Under the pieces are notes generated by a model. It did no database searches and had not been told where the DNA came from. It saw only the letters and a program-made list of their open reading frames with translations. DNA of 64,000 bases from an uncultured virus (IMG/VR IMGVR_UViG_3300036793_000098) (lineage: Duplodnaviria; Heunggongvirae; Uroviricota; Caudoviricetes), in IMG/VR virus record IMGVR_UViG_3300036793_000098; one strand, 5' to 3'. Made by a program: the position numbers and the translations under genes. How positions within the stretch are numbered: position 1 is the first letter of the stretch; each line of letters starts with the position of its first letter. Positions 58,268 to 64,000 of the stretch are shown here, one piece after another.

Positions 58268-58696
58268 TCAGATTTCGATCGCGGCGCTAACCGCTTCCTC
58301 AGTCGCCGCGACGGCGGGTCCACGGCCGGCCTCGAACCCCACCGCGACGTAATGGGTGGCGGGCACGTGCACGTGGTGGGCGAAGATGGTGCGTGCGTCG
58401 ATCTGGAACACCATCAGCGGGTTGCCGTAGTTGTCCCCGCCGGAGTTCTGGATGTTGTTGTAAACCGTGTTACCAGTGATCATCCAGCCTTCGCCGTCAT
58501 CGTGTTTGTCGATGGAATCCCGCAACCGACCGGTTTTCACTGGGGCCGCGTCCTTCATCGACTGCACGAACGCATCCGCGCCGGGCGAGAGCACTTCGGT
58601 GAGGCCGGGGGGCTCGAGGACGTACTCGACACGCTTCAACATGTCCTGCACGTCGCCGAGCCCGTCCCACTCCGCCTCAATGCGGATTTCCGCCAC
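58268..58696 (-). CDS. HK97 gp10-like tail completion protein
   Basis: APVKTGRLRDSI motif. Confidence 0.75.
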   Translation of the reverse strand: MAEIRIEAEWDGLGDVQDMLKRVEYVLEPPGLTEVLSPGADAFVQSMKDAAPVKTGRLRDSIDKHDDGEGWMITGNTVYNNIQNSGGDNYGNPLMVFQIDARTIFAHHVHVPATHYVAVGFEAGRGPAVAATEEAVSAAIEI

Positions 58697-59454
58697 TAGC
58701 TGTAGACAACGCCGCGCGCGAAACCGACCAGGGCCAGGAACGACGGGGTGGTACCCGAGATCGTCCAGTTGGCCCGCACCTGCGCCGGGATCGTCTGCTG
58801 CTTGGGCAGCACGATCCGCTGCGCCGACGCCGTGGTCGCCGCGGTGAACGCCATCCCAGGGATGTCGGTCCAGGTGGTGCCGTCCGGGGAGCCCTGGAAC
58901 TTCAGCGTCATCGACGGAGTGGTGCCCGTGACAGAGAAGACGTGCAGCTGCGCGTTCGCGCCGGCGACGGTCGCCCCACCGTTCGGGGTGTTGTCCAACG
59001 CCGCGGACATGCCGGTCGTGGTGGTGAACGCGTTCGGGGACAGCAGGATGTAGCCGTCATCGACGTAACCACGGGCCATCATGGTGCAGTCGATGGTGAC
59101 CGCACCCTTCAGCTTCGCGTCGATGTCGTACTTGGTGATGACCGACGGCTGCATGACCATCGGGCCACCCAGGGGCCACCCGAGGGCGCCGTAGGCGGCG
59201 AGCACGTCGGAGTCCTGACCGAACCGCTGGTTCACGATCCCGTCGATGTTGTTGTACCCGGGGGTGTAGAAGCCCTTGAGTTCGATCGAAGCCTTCTGGA
59301 TACCGGCCAGGTCGTAGGAGAACCGGTCACCGAACACCGTCGCGTCGATCGTCGCGGCGTCCCGCTTGGCCTTCAGCTCGTTACCGTTACCGGACATGTC
59401 GTACTGGTCAAACGCGACCGCGACATTCCGGCCGACATACACCTGAGCGGTCAT
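58696..59454 (-). CDS. Major tail tube protein
   Basis: DMSG..IDATVFGD..LAG; C-terminal accessory domain; position in tail operon. Confidence 0.7.
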   Translation of the reverse strand: MTAQVYVGRNVAVAFDQYDMSGNGNELKAKRDAATIDATVFGDRFSYDLAGIQKASIELKGFYTPGYNNIDGIVNQRFGQDSDVLAAYGALGWPLGGPMVMQPSVITKYDIDAKLKGAVTIDCTMMARGYVDDGYILLSPNAFTTTTGMSAALDNTPNGGATVAGANAQLHVFSVTGTTPSMTLKFQGSPDGTTWTDIPGMAFTAATTASAQRIVLPKQQTIPAQVRANWTISGTTPSFLALVGFARGVVYS

Positions 59455-59667
59455 TTAGCCGCACTCCCATCGTTGTTGCCAGGTTGGCTAGACCCGGCGG
59501 GGGCCGGGACGATTAGCTGCCACTCGAGATATGTCTCGGTGTCTGGGTGATCGGCCGGCCAGCTCTGCGGCGGCTCGTAATGCGTGTGCTTGCCGTTGTC
59601 ATCTCGATCGAACGGCTGATTTACGACATAGCTCGGCGCCGTAGCCTTGCTGGCCATTGGTTTTCTC

Positions 59668-60084
59668 CTAAGCCCACAACTGCAAAGACAGTTGGATGCC
59701 TAAATAGTTGGTGCCGCCGACCTTGTACGACCCGTACCGGGAGGCGGCGAGCACTTGGACCGAGTTACTGGTCAGCGCGGACAGGGCGTCGGTGACGGTG
59801 TCGTCCTGCAGCCGGGTCACGAACGGGCCGTCCGGGTCGATGTACTCGTCCAGGAAGTCCTGCGCCGACTCGATGTCGATGCGGTTCGTGATGATCTCGA
59901 TCAGGAAATTCCACTGACCGACCGCACCCCGGAACACCTGCTGGTAATCCACCAGCGGCCGATCTGGCACCACCCACGCGCACGGCACATTCGCCGTGTC
60001 CGTGATCCGCGGGTAGATGGTGAAGTCGTCGATGTTGCCCAACCGCTCGGCGATCGCCTCACGCAGCGCGGAGAGCCGGTTCAT
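59668..60084 (-). CDS. Tail terminator protein
   Basis: LREAIAERL..P.AWV..AQDFLDEY; position. Confidence 0.6.
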   Translation of the reverse strand: MNRLSALREAIAERLGNIDDFTIYPRITDTANVPCAWVVPDRPLVDYQQVFRGAVGQWNFLIEIITNRIDIESAQDFLDEYIDPDGPFVTRLQDDTVTDALSALTSNSVQVLAASRYGSYKVGGTNYLGIQLSLQLWA

Positions 60085-60818
60085 GCGACGACCACGTCAC
60101 GCAGCCCCCGCAACAGCGAACACGCCAGGGGGTTGATCCCGGAGTGCAGCTGAATGCCCTTCTGGCCACCGAACACGCCGGTGGATAGCCCAGTGGTGCC
60201 GGCGGACCCGTTGGTGAAGTCCTTCGACTTGTAGTAGTCGATGGCCAGGATTTGGCAGGCCTGCTTCACCTGGGCCGGTACCGCCGGCCAACCCCACTGC
60301 GCGGTGACCTGCACCCGTGCCCGCTGCGACGGGCCGAACAGGGTTTGCCCGTAATAGCCGGCGCCGGCCCACCCGTAACCACCGGCGTAGCCGTAGCCGT
60401 AACCGTTGTACGGGTAGGAGATGAAAGGCTGGTTCCGGGCACCCGGGAAGAACCGGGCCCCCACCGCCACGATCCGACTGGACGGAAAACCGTACAGCGG
60501 GGAGAGCGGCTCGGCCTGCCAGTCCGTGACGCCCCAGGTCGTTTCGAAAACACCGTCGTTGTCGTCGTCGGTCTTCACGAGCAACCCGGCGGCGGTGGCG
60601 AACGAACCGGTGAACGCCGTGCCGGGCTGATCGGGGGCCAGTACCCGGGCGGTTACCACACCGGGGTCGGTCCAGAACTGGTCACGGCAATGCTCTTCGA
60701 TCCGCCGCGACGCCGCGCTGATCGCCACCGCCAACAGATCGTCGTTCGAGTCATTCTTGATCTGCAGCGCGGACTTCAGCTGGTCGACGGTGATGTAGTC
60801 CGTGACCGGAGCGGTCAT
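60081..60818 (-). CDS. Head-tail connector (gp6-like) with Tyr/Gly-rich insert
   Basis: YITVDQLK..AASRRIEEHC..VTAQWGWPAVPAQVKQAC. Confidence 0.8.
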   Translation of the reverse strand: MTAPVTDYITVDQLKSALQIKNDSNDDLLAVAISAASRRIEEHCRDQFWTDPGVVTARVLAPDQPGTAFTGSFATAAGLLVKTDDDNDGVFETTWGVTDWQAEPLSPLYGFPSSRIVAVGARFFPGARNQPFISYPYNGYGYGYAGGYGWAGAGYYGQTLFGPSQRARVQVTAQWGWPAVPAQVKQACQILAIDYYKSKDFTNGSAGTTGLSTGVFGGQKGIQLHSGINPLACSLLRGLRDVVVA

Positions 60819-60820
60819 GG

Positions 60821-61180
60821 CTAGACGAGTTCCCCACCGGTCACCGAGAACGTCAGCGACGGAGTGGTGCCCGCGATCGTCCAGGTCAGCCGGACGAACC
60901 GGTCCAGCCCGGCGAACGACTTACGCTCGCTGGACACACCGGTCTTCTGCGCGAACGAGCCGACCGTGTACCAGGTGGAGTTATCCGCACTGGTCTCCAG
61001 CTTCAGGTCCAGCGTCGGTGAACCAGACACGGCGGTGACGTTCAGGAACAGGCTGCGCAGCCCGCTCCGGGCACCGACCTCAACGGCCGGGGCCGACGCG
61101 GTAGTGGTCCGGGCGGCGGACGCGACGGCCGGGAACAACTCGGTGTGGACGTACGTTCCGTCCGTCTTCTGGTAGGGCAC
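60821..61180 (-). CDS. Small virion/decoration protein
   Basis: LNVTAVSG.PTLD..S.D..TW..F..RFVR; resembles the C-terminal domain of the tube protein. Confidence 0.55.
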   Translation of the reverse strand: MPYQKTDGTYVHTELFPAVASAARTTTASAPAVEVGARSGLRSLFLNVTAVSGSPTLDLKLETSADNSTWYTVGSFAQKTGVSSERKSFAGLDRFVRLTWTIAGTTPSLTFSVTGGELV

Positions 61181-61198
61181 GACTGCTCCTAAACGGGG

Positions 61199-61414
61199 TT
61201 AGCGGGGGTACTTGCGGGGGCGACCCGGGCCGCGACGAACCTCTGGAGCACCGGCACTGCGCTCGGGGGTCAGCACGTCCTCACGGGTCACGTACTCGGC
61301 GACGCCATCCCGAACCCACGCCTGCGCCTGTTCAGGACTCAGCTGCACTTCCTCGCCGGTTTCCCAGCTATTGCGAGAGTTGGCGATCGAGGTGAGCATC
61401 CGAACCCGAGGCAT
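61199..61414 (-). CDS. Small head-region protein
   Basis: RRGPGRPRK C-terminus; position after the capsid gene. Confidence 0.5.
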   Translation of the reverse strand: MPRVRMLTSIANSRNSWETGEEVQLSPEQAQAWVRDGVAEYVTREDVLTPERSAGAPEVRRGPGRPRKYPR

Positions 61415-61668
61415 CAGCGGGTCCGGTGGACGTAGACAATCGGCTGGTCAGCCGGCGGCAATTCGCCGTTGAGGTTCCACGCGGCCGCCAGTTCGGCATC
61501 CGACGGATCCTCTTCGACCATCAGAACGAACGGGTCGCTCTGCATGGGGCTGCCGTCCAGATTGCGAGTCACGGAAGCGACACGGTCAGCGTTATCGAGG
61601 ATCTCAACAGTCTTCGGCGCCTTCGGTGCGGGCTCCGACTTCGCGGCTGGCGCCTTCCTGACAGCCAT
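61414..61668 (-). CDS. Small head-region protein
   Basis: RBS AAGGAG; coupled to the next gene. Confidence 0.5.
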   Translation of the reverse strand: MAVRKAPAAKSEPAPKAPKTVEILDNADRVASVTRNLDGSPMQSDPFVLMVEEDPSDAELAAAWNLNGELPPADQPIVYVHRTR

Positions 61669-61693
61669 GACAGCTCCTTATTCGAGGTGGAAA

Positions 61694-61734
61694 CACCACA
61701 CGGCCCCGCCGGGGAGCTACGGGGCCGTGTGGTG
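61694..61734 (-). terminator. Post-capsid terminator
   Basis: CACCACACGGCCCCG / CGGGGCCGTGTGGTG stem, then TTT. Confidence 0.7.
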
Positions 61735-61749
61735 GGTATTCGGGACGGA

Positions 61750-63021
61750 TCAGGCGTGGTGCTGGAACGCGCGGATGGCCGAGGGGTCATCCGGACGGGC
61801 GTCGAGACGCAGGAACGCCAAGTAGGCGACCTGGAGTTCCGTCATGAACCGCTCGCCGAAGCGGACCATCTGCATGTCGAGCACCTGGCGGACGATGTAG
61901 CCGGCGTTGAAGTCGCCGAACAGAATCGACTTGTTCGACGCGCCCGGAACGGACATGCCCTGGTCGATCGTGTAGGGCAGGCCGTTGATGGTCGCCGGGA
62001 AGCCGGGGGTCGGCACGGGCAGCCAGATCGGGCGGCCCATGGTGTCCTTCAGCTTCCGCAGCGTCGCCAGGGTCTGGTCCGCCATCAGGAAACGGCACGC
62101 CGCCGCCCGGTACGCCGGATCCAAGCTGTGCTCGAGGTCGATCAGGTTGTCGTAGGTGATCGACGTCTGGTCGGCGCCAGTCACCGCGACGGTCGCGTTG
62201 GTGGCAGCACCCTCAGGCTGGCCGGAACCAGAACCGGAAACCAGGTGCGTGGCAACGATGCGGCCGAGGCGCACACCGAGCTTCTGCGGCAGCCACACGT
62301 CCAAGTTGAACGCGGAGTCCTGCAGGATCTGCAGCGACGCCTTCACCAGGTTCGAGGTGTACATGTACGCCCCGATAGTGCGGGTGCCGAACGTGGTGTC
62401 GAGCTCGGAAGCGGTAGAACCTTCGGCGAGGATCGCACCGACGTTGGCGGTGTCATCGTTGGTCGGCCACTGCAGCGGGTTACCAGTGCTGGTGGTGATG
62501 ACGTTGGCGTGGTTCAGCAGGCCGCCGTACGCCTTCATTGTCTCGACCAGCACGGTGCGGTAGCCCGGCGGGATCAGGTAGCCACCGGCCGCACCGGAGG
62601 TGGTGGCCTGCGCGGCGCGGGTGTCCATCTCGGAGCTGTTGGAGATGAGCAGCTGGCGCTGTTCGATGTTCAGACCTTCGAGGCCACGGCGCATGTACTG
62701 GCTGAACGCCCGGTTGTACTCGGCGCTCTGCTTCTCCGCGCGAGCCTCGGGGGTCTCCACGTCGCCACCCGCGCGGGTGTCCACGACCTGACCGAGGTCC
62801 ACCGAGTCCAGGTCGGCGACCTTGCGGGCGCGCTTGGCCTGGTTCTGCAGGCGCTCGATGTCGGCCTCGATGACGTTGATGTCCTCGTTGGCCTTGTCCC
62901 AGTTGGTGCGCTCTTCGGCGGTCCAGTCGCGGCCCTCTTCCTCGGCGCGCTCCTGGATGTCCTGCATCCGCTGGTAGATCTTGTTGTACTGCTCGGTCTT
63001 CTTCCGGAGCTCGTCGCTCAT
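61750..63021 (-). CDS. HK97-fold major capsid protein
   Basis: Coiled-coil delta domain, GGYLIP, SLQILQDS, LRKLKDTMGR, ILFGDF. Confidence 0.95.
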   Translation of the reverse strand: MSDELRKKTEQYNKIYQRMQDIQERAEEEGRDWTAEERTNWDKANEDINVIEADIERLQNQAKRARKVADLDSVDLGQVVDTRAGGDVETPEARAEKQSAEYNRAFSQYMRRGLEGLNIEQRQLLISNSSEMDTRAAQATTSGAAGGYLIPPGYRTVLVETMKAYGGLLNHANVITTSTGNPLQWPTNDDTANVGAILAEGSTASELDTTFGTRTIGAYMYTSNLVKASLQILQDSAFNLDVWLPQKLGVRLGRIVATHLVSGSGSGQPEGAATNATVAVTGADQTSITYDNLIDLEHSLDPAYRAAACRFLMADQTLATLRKLKDTMGRPIWLPVPTPGFPATINGLPYTIDQGMSVPGASNKSILFGDFNAGYIVRQVLDMQMVRFGERFMTELQVAYLAFLRLDARPDDPSAIRAFQHHA

Positions 63022-63095
63022 GGCTCGCGTCCTTTCACGGGCACGCCAAACACCCCCGAACGCGACGCGTTGGGGGTGCGGAGGTGGTTAGTGGG

Positions 63096-63920
63096 TTAGG
63101 CGGCTAGACGGCTCTTGCGGAACTTCAGATCCCGCAACTTCGCCTTGGCCAGTTCGCTCTGAGACGGGGCATACCGAGTGGACGCGGCCGGCTCGGTTTC
63201 CGGGACCTCAGCTGGTTCTACTTCAGGGTCGGCGCCATGAGTGGTCTCAGCCGGCTCATCACGAACGACGTCGTCCAGCAGCTCAGCGAGCTCTGGGCGG
63301 AACTTGGTGCGCCGGGCGATCGCTTCCGGATCGCCACGGTGGCGCAGTGCGGTGGTGATGGAGTCCCGCACGCCGGCGTCGGTGGACTCGTAGGCAGGGA
63401 AGGTCACCGGAGACACCTCGATGAGCTTCGCCTCACGAATTACCCGCACCTCAACCTCTGAGGTGCCGCCGTCGGCACCGCGGACCTCTTCGGTGGTCCA
63501 GTCGTCCTTGACGACCTGGAAACCGAAGCTCATCCCGGTGATGTTGCCGTTACGCAGGTTCGCCACCAGGTCATTGACGTAGGACAGGCTGGTGTCGAGC
63601 TCCGAATCCACGGCTAGGCCGCGCAGGTCTTGGGACAGCCGCAGCGTGCCGGCCGACACCCGGGACACCACGTGCGCGGAGTCGTGGTCGATCAGCATCC
63701 GGGCGTCGCCCTCGGCGATCGTCTTGGAGAACGCGCCGGGGGCGATCTCCTCGAAGAACCCGAACGTCTGCGGGTTCCCGATCGCCGTCCTTGAGTTGAA
63801 CACCGCGGCGTGACCACCGAAGCGGGGGCCGACGTTCTCACTGCCGGCATCAACGGACACGGACGCGTCGGACAGAGTGAGACTGCGACGCTCTTCACCA
63901 CTCGGCAGGCTGCGAAGCAT
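63096..63920 (-). CDS. HK97-family prohead protease
   Basis: GHAAVFN, EEIAPGAF, GMSFGF, LIEVSPVTFPAY. Confidence 0.93.
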   Translation of the reverse strand: MLRSLPSGEERRSLTLSDASVSVDAGSENVGPRFGGHAAVFNSRTAIGNPQTFGFFEEIAPGAFSKTIAEGDARMLIDHDSAHVVSRVSAGTLRLSQDLRGLAVDSELDTSLSYVNDLVANLRNGNITGMSFGFQVVKDDWTTEEVRGADGGTSEVEVRVIREAKLIEVSPVTFPAYESTDAGVRDSITTALRHRGDPEAIARRTKFRPELAELLDDVVRDEPAETTHGADPEVEPAEVPETEPAASTRYAPSQSELAKAKLRDLKFRKSRLAA

Positions 63921-64000
63921 CGCCGATCCCTTCACTAGTCGAGGTACGGCACGAGCTCGGTGGTGCCCGTGGTCCGATCGACGAAAACTCCGCCCGGGAA

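Noticed and set aside
63935..64000. Portal gene 3' end
   Set aside because: Only 21 codons are visible and they carry no diagnostic motif

Overview
Nearly the whole genome of a temperate, HK97-type siphophage of a high-GC actinobacterium, mostly read on the minus strand. From right to left: head genes (prohead protease, major capsid), neck/tail genes with a GGGAAAA chaperone frameshift, tape measure, tail tip, lysis/membrane genes (a class F sortase with a probable substrate, a papain-like peptidase, an amidase fused to a holin) and a PL7-lyase tail fibre. Next come a plus-strand accessory block (TerS/TerL-like pair, TraB/FtsK-like ATPase), attP, integrase and repressor. The minus-strand early operon follows (Xis/Cro-like, PAPS-reductase-like, SSB-like, PolA, prim-pol, RepA helicase, iteron origin, exonuclease, RuvC), and then a terminal block with hicAB, Ku, HNH and RuvB. 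The standout is at about 20.7-22.4 kb, at the start of the early operon. It is a nuclease-less IS110-Tnp/Nop-domain protein (TasA-like) with eight stem-loop guide-like units, each stem-CCA-N9-CGAYACCCA-N9-CG-stem. The units sit inside its own open reading frame and inside the upstream gene, which suggests a TIGR-Tas-like RNA-guided system whose array overlaps coding sequence. All calls come from reading motifs by eye; no database searches were run.
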